A DNA stretch of 30,178 nt, taken from a virus. Positions 19,482-28,116 of this stretch are shown piece after piece. The translations under genes were made by a program, and so were the position numbers. The stretch lies in the UHGV virus genome UHGV-0251015; one strand, 5' to 3'. The notes under the pieces were generated by a model. The model did not search any database. It was not told the DNA's origin and worked only from the letters and a program-made list of their open reading frames with translations. Numbering within the stretch: the first letter of the stretch is position 1; each line of letters opens with the position of its first letter.

Positions 19482-19862
19482 CTACTGTTCGCTTAACTTC
19501 TGCTTCAGCAAGTAACCTTCGAGCATCCAGATTTTGTTTACAGCATTTTGCCGGGCAATCTTCCGACCAATTTCTGCATCAAAATTTTCAGGGCTTGCAC
19601 AGGCACTCTCTCCGGTGACGGTGAAGCCATTCTTCAGCACCAGTACGCAGAAAGTGAGCAACTTCAATGGTGATAAATCACGATCGCCTTCTTCTGGTTT
19701 TTCTCTGCCACAATATTCGTTGCTGGAAATGGCACCATTTCGTCCATCATAAGCAGTAAAGTAATGCTCGCTTTTAATCACGTCTTCGATGTGCTGCGGG
19801 CTGATTCGCGGTGCCGTTTTGCCTTTCTCAACGATTTCTTTTTCGATTTGCTGGTCGTTCAT
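19482..19862 (-). CDS. Hypothetical phage protein
   Basis: ORF track; between lysis and packaging genes; no family confidently recognised. Confidence 0.45.
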   Translation of the reverse strand: MNDQQIEKEIVEKGKTAPRISPQHIEDVIKSEHYFTAYDGRNGAISSNEYCGREKPEEGDRDLSPLKLLTFCVLVLKNGFTVTGESACASPENFDAEIGRKIARQNAVNKIWMLEGYLLKQKLSEQ

Positions 19863-20088
19863 AATTATGACCCTGTGGAGTGGTTGCTTGATTAGGATGT
19901 CTTTCCATCAGTCCGCCACCACAAAGAATCTTTTTTTGCCATAAGGCAGGAGGTTCATCTTTCAGTGGCTGCCAGTGTTATTTCCCCACTTACTGGCTTG
20001 GGTTGTTTCGCTGTACTGCCGTAACTGGTTGCCCAGAATAAATTCCGGTTTCATTATCAAGCCCACCCGTAGATAGGCTTTGTAATGG

Positions 20089-20376
20089 CTACTTCTTCAG
20101 AAATGATTCGATGAATTCACGTCGGGGATGACGATAGTTCAGAATATCTTCTGGCATCCTCATAAAGCGGTTGTTGCCGTCTTTGGCAGTAACAAAACAG
20201 CTGTGAACTCCGCAGACATCCGTTTTTATTGTGTCGCTATACTCAAAAAGCAACTGAGCCATCTTCTCTTGCCATTCTGGCGGCATAGCCTCCATGAATA
20301 CTCGCGGCATCACGCAGAACGGCGCATGCGTAAGACCAAACCACAGTTGCAGGTCTTTACGATATTCTTCATCCAT
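20089..20376 (-). CDS. Hypothetical phage protein (start chosen at internal MDEEY; ORF extends to 20496)
   Basis: AAAGG 8 nt upstream of ATG at 20376; the 40-aa upstream extension looks non-protein-like. Confidence 0.4.
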   Translation of the reverse strand: MDEEYRKDLQLWFGLTHAPFCVMPRVFMEAMPPEWQEKMAQLLFEYSDTIKTDVCGVHSCFVTAKDGNNRFMRMPEDILNYRHPRREFIESFLKK

Positions 20377-20595
20377 CGTCTTTACCTTTGTTGCAATAAA
20401 AAGCCCCGCAAATGCGAGGCTAAATCCTGGTATTTGTAATGAACTGACTCTTATCTCAACGCAGCCCCTTACTGCGCGCCAGATGCTCAATATCAAGCAT
20501 CAGCAATGAGATGTTTAATCTGGATTCACTCCAGAAGTGATCACCACCCTGTCTACAGAGCCAGATGTGAAGGATGATGAGTAAAATTATCGCTA

Positions 20596-21033
20596 TCATC
20601 GAAGGCATTGCGTCCTGATGTATTCCTGCAAGTAGTTAACCTGCGCGGTTATCCTGTCGATTCCACTTCGGAGACGGTAATAATTGAGTTCAGCATCTGC
20701 TGTAAGTCTTGGGCTTTCTCCATCGCCCATGCTGCTGGCTCCGGTCGTTGGCTTTGCACAGGTGGCGGCGACTTGCAGGCGCTTACGACCAGCAGAAACA
20801 TCAGCACGGAGGCTTTCGATAGTCGCGTTAGCATCAGCAAGCTCCTTTGTGTATCTGGCGTCGAGTTCTGCTACATCACGTTGACGCTTCTGCATATCAG
20901 CGATGATGGATGTGGCTTTATCGCGCTGGTCTTTGTAGGCGATGGCGTTATCACGGTAATGATTAACAGCCCATGACAGGCAGACGATGATGCAGATAAC
21001 CAGAGCGGAGATAATCGCGGTGACTCTGCTCAT
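20596..21033 (-). CDS. Rz: Rz-type i-spanin
   Basis: [31 protein letters not shown] matches lambda Rz N-terminus by recall; ATGA overlap with endolysin stop; C-terminal half divergent. Confidence 0.8.
   Translation of the reverse strand: MSRVTAIISALVICIIVCLSWAVNHYRDNAIAYKDQRDKATSIIADMQKRQRDVAELDARYTKELADANATIESLRADVSAGRKRLQVAATCAKPTTGASSMGDGESPRLTADAELNYYRLRSGIDRITAQVNYLQEYIRTQCLR
20649..20840 (-). CDS. Rz1: Rz1-type o-spanin lipoprotein embedded in the +1 frame of Rz
   Basis: Signal-like FLLVVSAC lipobox followed by Pro-rich [13 protein letters not shown]; nested inside Rz as in lambda. Confidence 0.65.
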   Translation of the reverse strand: MLMLTRLSKASVLMFLLVVSACKSPPPVQSQRPEPAAWAMEKAQDLQQMLNSIITVSEVESTG

Positions 21034-21533
21034 TGCTGCCCCCACAAACAGACTTCACGCTCAATATCACGACGGGTCATCAGCCCTTTCCATTGCTTAC
21101 CGCCAGCGTATGTCCAGCGACGTAGCTGGTCACATGCGCCTTTGATATCACCCTGGTTTATTTTGCGAAGAAGCGTCGATGTTCTGAAATTGCCAGCCCC
21201 CACGTTGTAGACGAACGAGTAAAGAGCGCCGCGCGTTGTTTCCGGTATATCGACTTTGATGTACGGGTTAATTTGTCTGGCGACCGTGGCAAGGTCTTTA
21301 TTCAGGAGAGCTTTGCATTCTGCTTCGGTATACGTTTTACCGAGCATGATGTCTTTTCCTGTATGCCCGTAACATACAGTCCATACACCAACTATGTCTT
21401 TGTAAGGATTATGTCTCACACCTTCCAGACCATCGTTACCACTTGGGCCAGTGATTAACACAGATGCTATAGCAATAGCCCCGCCACTTATCGCCGCTAT
21501 TACGCTATTTCGTAGTGCCGGTGACATTGCCAT
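21030..21533 (-). CDS. SAR endolysin (lysozyme with N-terminal signal-anchor-release domain)
   Basis: Gly/Ala-rich weakly hydrophobic N-terminus [17 protein letters not shown] then lysozyme-like body; resembles phage 21-type R by recall. Confidence 0.85.
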   Translation of the reverse strand: MAMSPALRNSVIAAISGGAIAIASVLITGPSGNDGLEGVRHNPYKDIVGVWTVCYGHTGKDIMLGKTYTEAECKALLNKDLATVARQINPYIKVDIPETTRGALYSFVYNVGAGNFRTSTLLRKINQGDIKGACDQLRRWTYAGGKQWKGLMTRRDIEREVCLWGQQ

Positions 21534-21708
21534 TCAATCTGTCCTCGCGCTCTTTGCGCTTGTAGTACCAGTTGATGCCAAATGTGCCGACAGTACAAAG
21601 AATACCAATGATGACAGCCCAGTCATTCAGGGAGAGAATGCCACCCATCGCAGTCAGTCCTCCGAAGCTGTAACTGAACCATTCTCTGATTTTGTCCATA
21701 CGGTACAT
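21505..21708 (-). CDS. Holin, pinholin-like with dual-start motif
   Basis: Two hydrophobic segments; MYRMDK has two Met separated by a basic residue (holin/antiholin dual start); overlaps endolysin start. Confidence 0.7.
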   Translation of the reverse strand: MYRMDKIREWFSYSFGGLTAMGGILSLNDWAVIIGILCTVGTFGINWYYKRKEREDRLNGNVTGTTK

Positions 21709-22002
21709 GCTCTACCCCTTCATTGAGGGGATTTGCTCTATTTAATTAGGAATAAGGTCGATTACTGATAGAACAAATCCAGGCTACTGTGTTTAGTAAT
21801 CAGATTTGTTCGTGACCGATATGCACGGGCAAAACGGCAGGAGGTTGTTAGCGCAACCTCTTGCCACCCGCTTTCACGAAGCCAGCCATTGCGCTGGTTT
21901 TCTTTTATGCAAAGCACACCGCACCGTAGCCACAGCGGATAAGGTGATTATTTTTGTCTGTCTGGTATTTGGTTTGATGTGCTTTCAGAAAGGTCGTGAT
22001 TA

Positions 22003-22036
22003 AAACGCAAAAAGCCCCGAGCTATTAACTCAGGGC
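22003..22036 (-). terminator. tR'-like intrinsic terminator of the short pR' transcript
   Basis: Minus-strand hairpin GCCCTGAG-TTAATAG-CTCGGGGC followed by TTTTTGCGTTTT. Confidence 0.6.
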
Positions 22037-22079
22037 TTTATTTAACGAGTGCATTTATCCATCGTTGTGTCAAATTTAC

Positions 22080-22112
22080 CCAACTTTATTCAAAAAGTCA
22101 ATATAATGCCGT
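22080..22112 (-). promoter_or_regulatory. Late promoter pR' (target of Q antitermination)
   Basis: Minus-strand TTGACT (plus 22107-22112) and TAAATT (plus 22083-22088) just downstream of the Q stop; matches lambda pR' by recall. Confidence 0.6.
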
Positions 22113-22143
22113 AAAGATGTTGCCATCCGTGGCAATCATGACG

Positions 22144-22767
22144 CTAACGTGTGACCGCATTCAAAATGTTGTCTGCGATTGACTCTTCTTTGTGGCATTG
22201 CACCACCAGAGCGTCATACAGTGGCTTAACAGTGCGTGACCAGGTGGGTTGGGTAAGGTTTGGGATTAGCATCGTTACAGCGCGATAAGCAGCGCTTGCT
22301 GGCATTCTTGAATAGCCGGCGCCTTTGCATCTTCCGCACTCTTTCTCAACAACTCTCCCCCACAGCTCTGTTTTTGCTATATCAACCGCACGACCTGTAC
22401 CGTGGCAATCTCTGCATCTTGCGCCCGGCGTCGCGGCACTACGGCAATAATCCGCATAAGCGAATGTTGCGAGCACTTGCAGTACCTTTGCCTTAGTATT
22501 TCCTTCGAGCTTTGCCACACCACGGTATTTCCCCGATACCTTGTGTGCAAATTGCATCAGATAGTTGATAGCCTTTTGTTTGTCGTTCTGGCTGAGTTCG
22601 TGCTTACCACAGAATGCAGCCATGCCGAATCCGGCTTGTGATTGCGCCATCCCCATAGCAGCCATCACATCAGTACCGGAAAGAGAGTCAGAAGCCGTAG
22701 CCCGTGGTGAGTCGCTCATCATCGGGCTTTTTGGCGAATGAAATTTAGCTACGCTTTCGAGTCTCAT
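22144..22767 (-). CDS. Q: Late gene antiterminator Q (lambda-type)
   Basis: 207-aa protein beginning MRLESVAKFHSPKSPMMSDSPRATASD, matching lambda Q essentially throughout by recall. Confidence 0.95.
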   Translation of the reverse strand: MRLESVAKFHSPKSPMMSDSPRATASDSLSGTDVMAAMGMAQSQAGFGMAAFCGKHELSQNDKQKAINYLMQFAHKVSGKYRGVAKLEGNTKAKVLQVLATFAYADYCRSAATPGARCRDCHGTGRAVDIAKTELWGRVVEKECGRCKGAGYSRMPASAAYRAVTMLIPNLTQPTWSRTVKPLYDALVVQCHKEESIADNILNAVTR

Positions 22768-22952
22768 CGTCTTCCCCTCTTGCCCTGTTTGACCATCAGG
22801 ACGCCGTTAACTATTACGTGACGCTCGCCTTTGCTGTCTCGGTTGTACTTGAGCACTGTTCCTCTTGCGCAGGAAAGCATCCTTGCCACTTCGGTCTGAT
22901 TGCCTCGTGTATGGATAAGAAGCTCTGGTATCGTTTGAATTGTGGCGTTCAT
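22764..22952 (-). CDS. ninH: NinH-like protein
   Basis: TIPELL...GNQTEVARML.C.RGTV.KY...VIVNGVLMV matches lambda NinH pattern by recall; ATGA overlap with Q. Confidence 0.7.
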   Translation of the reverse strand: MNATIQTIPELLIHTRGNQTEVARMLSCARGTVLKYNRDSKGERHVIVNGVLMVKQGKRGRR

Positions 22953-23311
22953 GCGTTCTCCAGTTCGGTGATTTTTATTCCAAGCCTTCCGCCTGGTACT
23001 TTCACACCACGAATTACGCGAATGTCATCGAATTGCTCGTCGTCTTCCGCAAATCCAGCGTGGATAAGGGAGTCGAGTAAACCTTTCAGGATGTTGTCGA
23101 GGTCGCGGCGGCGGGAGTCTGGAACGTCTGCGATGACTTTGATACGGAGTCGTGATTTGGTGAAAATGTCTAACTTGAGTTGGCGGATGATTTTCTGAAC
23201 GTCTTTTCTGTATTTCTGGCCTTTATCGCTAATGTAATATTGGCTTCCTCGTCTTCGCCAGTAGGTGTTCAGCGACGGCGGGTATGGAAGCACAAACTGA
23301 TATTCGTTCAT
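22949..23311 (-). CDS. rusA: RusA-family Holliday junction resolvase
   Basis: 120 aa with PDxRRRDLDN motif and conserved N-terminal LPxPPSxN pattern. Confidence 0.85.
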   Translation of the reverse strand: MNEYQFVLPYPPSLNTYWRRRGSQYYISDKGQKYRKDVQKIIRQLKLDIFTKSRLRIKVIADVPDSRRRDLDNILKGLLDSLIHAGFAEDDEQFDDIRVIRGVKVPGGRLGIKITELENA

Positions 23312-23598
23312 GACTTAATCTTCCCCTCCTTCAGCAGTATCGCCTGCGTCCTGATTACGCCTTCGAGGTGGCAAAGTCTGGCGTCTTTGTTGTCGAGGTT
23401 ATGGGTGCGTCTGTCGATTTCATCGTGACACGCGCTACAAGCCCATGCGCCGATCAGGTCGTCAGGCTTCATTCCCGTTCCGCAAATTCCAGCCATCCGG
23501 TAATGTGCCAGAACTGTAGTTTCAGGATTGCCATTGCATACACCGTAAATACGTACCTGGCATTCTCTGCCGCGTGCTTCTTTGCGTAGGTTAGCCAT
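23308..23598 (-). CDS. Cys/His-rich small nin-region protein (putative zinc-binding)
   Basis: 96 aa with CxxxxxxC...CxxC...CSACHDEID arrangement; conserved position upstream of rusA. Confidence 0.5.
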   Translation of the reverse strand: MANLRKEARGRECQVRIYGVCNGNPETTVLAHYRMAGICGTGMKPDDLIGAWACSACHDEIDRRTHNLDNKDARLCHLEGVIRTQAILLKEGKIKS

Positions 23599-23867
23599 TA
23601 TGGTTCACTCCAGTAATTCTCAATTGCAGCAGCCATTCTCTGCATCCACTCAGCCAGCTTTAACGCGGCTTCTCTTTCAGAACCACATTTAGGGAAATCC
23701 TTCATTTCCATGCTGGCCTTATATGTTCTGAATGCCAGGTCTCCGGTAATAACCAACTCCTGATCAAGCACCGAGCGTTTATTCCGGTGTTGAACGTAAT
23801 AGACAGATTCAGTCCGCATTTCTTCTCTGTCTTTTTTGAAGGAAATAAGCTCAGAGAAATCACTCAT
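23598..23867 (-). CDS. Hypothetical nin-region protein
   Basis: ORF track; overlaps NinF stop by 8 nt; no family recognised. Confidence 0.45.
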   Translation of the reverse strand: MSDFSELISFKKDREEMRTESVYYVQHRNKRSVLDQELVITGDLAFRTYKASMEMKDFPKCGSEREAALKLAEWMQRMAAAIENYWSEP

Positions 23868-24036
23868 CGTCTTCTTCCTCGTACATTGAGCTATTCGGAT
23901 CGCTCATCAGTTCTGCGCAGCAATCGGAGCACACGTGAACTTCCAGCACATGCAGTTTCTGACCGCAGTTAGCGCACGTTAAAGCCCGCTCGACGCTTTC
24001 TTTCTGGTATTGAAGGGATTGGGATGGGCTAAGCAT
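23860..24036 (-). CDS. ninF: NinF-like protein (58 aa)
   Basis: Below ORF-track cutoff; my translation [58 protein letters not shown] matches lambda NinF by recall. Confidence 0.75.
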   Translation of the reverse strand: MLSPSQSLQYQKESVERALTCANCGQKLHVLEVHVCSDCCAELMSDPNSSMYEEEDDE

Positions 24037-24437
24037 TATTGGATTCTCTGCATCATGAGAAAGACAATCATGGCGGCGCGAAGGGGATTTTTATGTATAG
24101 CTCGCTTAGATTTACAGTAGGCCACACCACGTGCACCCCACTCGTCTTCATCGAGATTGATAATGCTAATCCTGTATTTTTCAATAATCGGCCATGAGTC
24201 TGCTGGGTTTGCGCATGGGTTAAAGGATCCGCGCTCAACTTCTACTTCAACTGCGTCTCCGTTTACAATGTCTCCCTCAAATGAGACAAACACCATATCG
24301 CCATTCTCACCTTCTTTGTAATCCGGTGATCCGTTATGAATGGCTTCGAATACCGCCACGTTAATTTCAAAATCACTTAACTGTGAATAATCCATTGTCA
24401 TTTCCTCGCACGATGTCTTAGCCACCGGATATCCCAC
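24036..24437 (-). CDS. Hypothetical nin-region protein (true start probably internal, MTMDY)
   Basis: ORF track; acidic protein; overlaps NinE 3' end, so the start is likely near 24395-24401. Confidence 0.5.
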   Translation of the reverse strand: MGYPVAKTSCEEMTMDYSQLSDFEINVAVFEAIHNGSPDYKEGENGDMVFVSFEGDIVNGDAVEVEVERGSFNPCANPADSWPIIEKYRISIINLDEDEWGARGVAYCKSKRAIHKNPLRAAMIVFLMMQRIQ

Positions 24438-24574
24438 AGGTGAGCCGTGTAGTTGAAGGTTTTTACGTCAGATTCTTTTGGGATTGGCTTGCGTTTATTT
24501 CTGGAGCGTTTCGTTGGAAGGTATTTGCAGTTTTCGCAGATTATGTCGGTGATACTTCGTCGCTGTCGCCTCAT
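24398..24574 (-). CDS. ninE: NinE-like protein
   Basis: Internal start [53 protein letters not shown] matches lambda NinE by recall; ATGA overlap with methylase stop. Confidence 0.8.
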   Translation of the reverse strand: MRRQRRSITDIICENCKYLPTKRSRNKRKPIPKESDVKTFNYTAHLWDIRWLRHRARK

Positions 24575-25125
24575 GCCGCCCTCCTGACGCCCTGCCCGAT
24601 CGCCATCAATGCCGCTTTGGATACGGTAGTAAACATCCGTCGAGGACTGATGAACGGTCGCCAAATCAGCAGCATGGAGCCTTTGCTGTTCCCCTTCTTC
24701 TCCAGCCCTGTCGATGGTTCGATAAAATTAATCCGTCCATCAGTGATGATGCGAACTTCGTCAACACTCTCCAGAGCCTTGCTGAACCATCCGACTGACA
24801 TATCCTCTGGCACAAGCATAACTACCGTCTGTCGCTGTTGTATGCACTGCTCAGCGGCTTTTTCCACCCACGGCCTGATATTGCTGTACGGTGGGTTATT
24901 CCAGATTGCACCGTGACTTACCCACTCAGAATTGAGCGCGTCGTCGGCCTCAGTTAGCCAGTGAGCGCACAGAGCATTTTTGTCGCTCGCAGCTGAATCC
25001 AGCCAGAATCCAAACTCAATATCCAGTGCATCAAAAAGCCAAAGCGGCGTTTGCCAGCAGTCCTTGTCGTGTGCTGGCGTATTTGATTTGATAGTCATGC
25101 AGCCATCCCTTTTCGTTGTGACCAT
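24571..25125 (-). CDS. Phage Dam-type DNA N6-adenine methyltransferase (no cognate nuclease seen)
   Basis: NPPYS catalytic motif and phage-Dam-like N-terminus ([12 protein letters not shown]); true start probably the internal MTIKSN. Confidence 0.8.
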   Translation of the reverse strand: MVTTKRDGCMTIKSNTPAHDKDCWQTPLWLFDALDIEFGFWLDSAASDKNALCAHWLTEADDALNSEWVSHGAIWNNPPYSNIRPWVEKAAEQCIQQRQTVVMLVPEDMSVGWFSKALESVDEVRIITDGRINFIEPSTGLEKKGNSKGSMLLIWRPFISPRRMFTTVSKAALMAIGQGVRRAA

Positions 25126-25541
25126 TCATACTCTCTCCGGGAGTCATCGCTCCACCGCACGTTGCGCTCTGAGCCGAACCAGAACATGATTTCGATAAGC
25201 TCAGTCATGCTGGCCTTTCGCATTTTGCTGGTACGCACGCCAAGCATGACAACGCCACCGTCGATACCAGGCACACTTCGTTGCTCTAGTTTTTTGGTCT
25301 TAAGCCACAGGGCAGTGAACAGGTCTTTCCAGTCTTCCGGTTCCAGCCGTTGACCATGCCATAGCACCTGACGCGAAACATCGTTCAGCATCGGCCACAT
25401 ACGGTCATTCTGCGCTTTGCTGCGTTTGGGTTCTCTAACGTGGACTTCGTGAGGTGACTTGTCGTCGATGGGAAGTGAGAGTATTGCGTCTATGGCGTTG
25501 TTTCTGATTTCTTCGTTGCGAAGCATGTATATTTGCTTCAT
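25095..25541 (-). CDS. ninB: NinB (Orf-family recombination mediator)
   Basis: SLDQN/KAQNDRMW...DVSRQV.WHG...SERNVRWSDD pattern matches lambda NinB by recall; 148 aa. Confidence 0.85.
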   Translation of the reverse strand: MKQIYMLRNEEIRNNAIDAILSLPIDDKSPHEVHVREPKRSKAQNDRMWPMLNDVSRQVLWHGQRLEPEDWKDLFTALWLKTKKLEQRSVPGIDGGVVMLGVRTSKMRKASMTELIEIMFWFGSERNVRWSDDSRREYEWSQRKGMAA

Positions 25542-25543
25542 CG

Positions 25544-25828
25544 TTACTCCTTCACTTTGATTCCAGCGGCGCGGATGGATTCATCGATATCGTCACGGTC
25601 GTACACAGCAATAGCATCACTGACAAACCATACAGGCAACTCAATTTCAATAGCTGCTCGCGATGCCTGCCACGTTTGCCAGTGGCCTTGAACATCGTCC
25701 ATCACGTATTGACCACCAATATCACCACTGCCAATTTCATGGTGATTTTCAGGATAACGGATAAGTTCTGATGATTCGCCTCCACGTCGCAACCAACTTT
25801 CTTCAAACTGCTTTCTTGATTCGTCCAT
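25544..25828 (-). CDS. Hypothetical protein (94 aa) in the position of lambda ren
   Basis: ORF track; acidic, Trp-rich; between tR2-like terminator and ninB. Confidence 0.45.
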   Translation of the reverse strand: MDESRKQFEESWLRRGGESSELIRYPENHHEIGSGDIGGQYVMDDVQGHWQTWQASRAAIEIELPVWFVSDAIAVYDRDDIDESIRAAGIKVKE

Positions 25829-25845
25829 CGATACTTACCCTCAGT

Positions 25846-26052
25846 TCAACTCACAAAACGCCACGCCATTTTTGCTACAGCGACAGGCATAACACCGATA
25901 ATCACCCACAGGAAAATGCTACCGAAAAGCACACCCACCAGGTCTTTACCTTCGCCTACCAACCGGACAAAACAGCCAGCAACCACAATGAACGTCGCCA
26001 CCATCCACAGAGCACCGAGAAGCCTCAATGCAGAGAAAATCAACTCAACCAC
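25846..26052 (-). CDS. Small two-helix membrane protein (68 aa), GTG start
   Basis: Two hydrophobic segments; GGGGGAG RBS 8 nt upstream of GTG; first gene after the tR2-like terminator. Confidence 0.4.
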   Translation of the reverse strand: MVELIFSALRLLGALWMVATFIVVAGCFVRLVGEGKDLVGVLFGSIFLWVIIGVMPVAVAKMAWRFVS

Positions 26053-26065
26053 GATTTACTCTCCC

Positions 26066-26099
26066 CCAAATAAAAAGGCCTGCGATTACCAGCAGGCCT
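26066..26099 (-). terminator. tR2-like intrinsic terminator after the replication genes
   Basis: Minus-strand hairpin AGGCCTGC-TGGTAATC-GCAGGCCT followed by TTTTTATTT. Confidence 0.55.
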
Positions 26100-26128
26100 G
26101 TTATTAGCTCAGTGATGTAGATGGTCAT

Positions 26129-28009
26129 TTAATACTCCGTCACGTTTTCCTGTCGCCACGCCTCGTCATATTCCGATTTCGGCATATTGGCGATGTAGCT
26201 ATATGGAGATCCTGATTCAAGTTGCAGGAACTGGTGCGATTGCTCGTCAAGGAACAACGGGACACCACCTTCCCAACCTTCGCCGTTACGTTGTTTTTCG
26301 AGCATTAAAACAGATGCCGGAGATGCCAGTAGCTGTTCGTCCTTCTCTGACATCTTTTCACCACTCTGAACTCTCTGTAACGCTCTCTCGCGAGCCTTGT
26401 TACGCCAGATGATGAAAAGGTTGTCTGTCAGGTCTGTTATCGCTCCAGAGCCTTTTACGTCCATTTTCCCGGTTGGTTTTTCTTCGCTGTCTCCTTTTCG
26501 CGAGTGAGTAACGAGAATGACGTGGGAGTTTGTTTTGTTTTTGAAGTCACAAATCGAGTCAACAAATGCTTTCTGCCCGTTATAGTCATCGTCGCCTATG
26601 CCACATTTCATCAGGCTGTCGATGATGAATAACTGGATCCCGTATCGGCGGCGAGCGTAGTCGAATATTTCGATCAGCCTGTCGGCTTTCGCCGTTCCGG
26701 TCAGGCCAAACACCCAAAGTCTTTCGTCATAAAATTTAAATGCAGAGTCAATTTCCAGCACTGGCGGCATCTTGCAGCACGTCGCCTGACGGGTAAGGCG
26801 CTTAAGGAGAATACCAGGCTTCAGCTCAAGTGACGCGATGCACGTCTTCACACCCTGACGCATTGCCTCAAGTGCCATATGCCCGACAACCTCCGTTTTT
26901 CCGTGACCGTTCACACCATTGACCAGCGTCAACTCTGCCTCACGGAACTGGAATTTATCTGCCAGAGATTCCCACGGTGGATTAAACAGATACTGCTGCT
27001 TGCCGTAGAAAGCGTTGATAGTGTCCTGGTAAAACTCTCGCGCGCTGTAGAGTTCTTCAGGATCGAAGTAGGATGCCGTGCCGATGTACTGCCAGATTTC
27101 ATCCTCGGTAACACCGTTCATCAGGCATTCGTTGATGTCCTTGTACGGCAGAGTAACAAGACGGCAACGATGTTCACCGAGTCGGCTTGCGATTTCCCTT
27201 GCGGCTTCACGACCAACATCATCAACGTCCATCGAGATGAATATTTCCTCAAACCTGTCGAGGTTGTGATACTCAAACTCAATCCACTGTTGCTTAGCGC
27301 CTTTCCCGCCACCAAACGGCACGGATAACGCCGAGATGCCGTATTGCGCATAGCTCATACAATCAATTTCGCCTTCGCAAAGTACAACCGCCCTCACGCC
27401 AGCGTCCAGAGCCTGCCATCCGAACAGACAAGGTTCGCAATCACCTTCTGCCATAATGACTTTCTTCCCGTCCGGGCGCTCAGTGCTGATTCGCTTGACC
27501 TGCAACAACTCACCATCGCGTTTGTACGGAATCACCAGAGCATCCAGTTCTCGCTCTCCATTCCACACCTTGCCGCTGACAACCTCGTAGCGCTTTACGA
27601 TTTCTGGAGATATGCCACGCGATTGCAGGTACTCAAGATGGGATTCTGTTCTGGTAACGTAGCGGGCGATTTTCTTGCGGTCAGGTCTGGAGAATTTCTT
27701 CTCACGTCTGGCATCGAAATGGTGATCGTCATCCTTGATACCGAGAAATGCTTTCGCTTCCTGCATAGCCTGATGCAGGTTAATCCCACGACATGCCATC
27801 CACAAATCAAGCATGTCACCGCCGTCTCCCTCAGCGAAATCAGCCCATTTTTTCTTGCCGCTAAGGTTGACCTTAAGGCTGTTTCCCTTGTCACCGTTGA
27901 CGTTACCGGCAACCCACTCATGCCCCTCTTTTTTGCCGTTTGGCAACAGGTGCGGAGCCACCCTGTCAACCTGCGACCAAAGCAGGTCGCTGAGTTCACT
28001 TGGCGTCAT
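26129..28009 (-). CDS. Bifunctional DNA primase / helicase (Toprim plus P-loop NTPase)
   Basis: Toprim motifs VVLCEGEIDCMSY and FISMDVDDVG in N-terminal half; Walker A LVNGVNGHGKTE and RecA/DnaB-like motifs in C-terminal half. Confidence 0.8.
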   Translation of the reverse strand: MTPSELSDLLWSQVDRVAPHLLPNGKKEGHEWVAGNVNGDKGNSLKVNLSGKKKWADFAEGDGGDMLDLWMACRGINLHQAMQEAKAFLGIKDDDHHFDARREKKFSRPDRKKIARYVTRTESHLEYLQSRGISPEIVKRYEVVSGKVWNGERELDALVIPYKRDGELLQVKRISTERPDGKKVIMAEGDCEPCLFGWQALDAGVRAVVLCEGEIDCMSYAQYGISALSVPFGGGKGAKQQWIEFEYHNLDRFEEIFISMDVDDVGREAAREIASRLGEHRCRLVTLPYKDINECLMNGVTEDEIWQYIGTASYFDPEELYSAREFYQDTINAFYGKQQYLFNPPWESLADKFQFREAELTLVNGVNGHGKTEVVGHMALEAMRQGVKTCIASLELKPGILLKRLTRQATCCKMPPVLEIDSAFKFYDERLWVFGLTGTAKADRLIEIFDYARRRYGIQLFIIDSLMKCGIGDDDYNGQKAFVDSICDFKNKTNSHVILVTHSRKGDSEEKPTGKMDVKGSGAITDLTDNLFIIWRNKARERALQRVQSGEKMSEKDEQLLASPASVLMLEKQRNGEGWEGGVPLFLDEQSHQFLQLESGSPYSYIANMPKSEYDEAWRQENVTEY

Positions 28010-28116
28010 GATTCCCTCAGATTGAGATTTTTAAACCAGAAATCGACAAACGAAATACTTAACCAGCCGTGGTTATAACCAGCGACCAGTAGCGATTTGA
28101 TTTTTGATTTCATGGT

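Noticed and set aside
20128-20439. Plus-strand 103-aa ORF considered as a Bor-like gene opposite the lysis operon
   Set aside because: No signal peptide or lipobox, and it is fully antisense to the minus-strand ORF that has an RBS.
26203-28078. Plus-strand ORFs, including a 244-aa one at 27344..28078, inside the primase-helicase gene
   Set aside because: Antisense to a gene with clear Toprim and Walker motifs; the translations are low-complexity.
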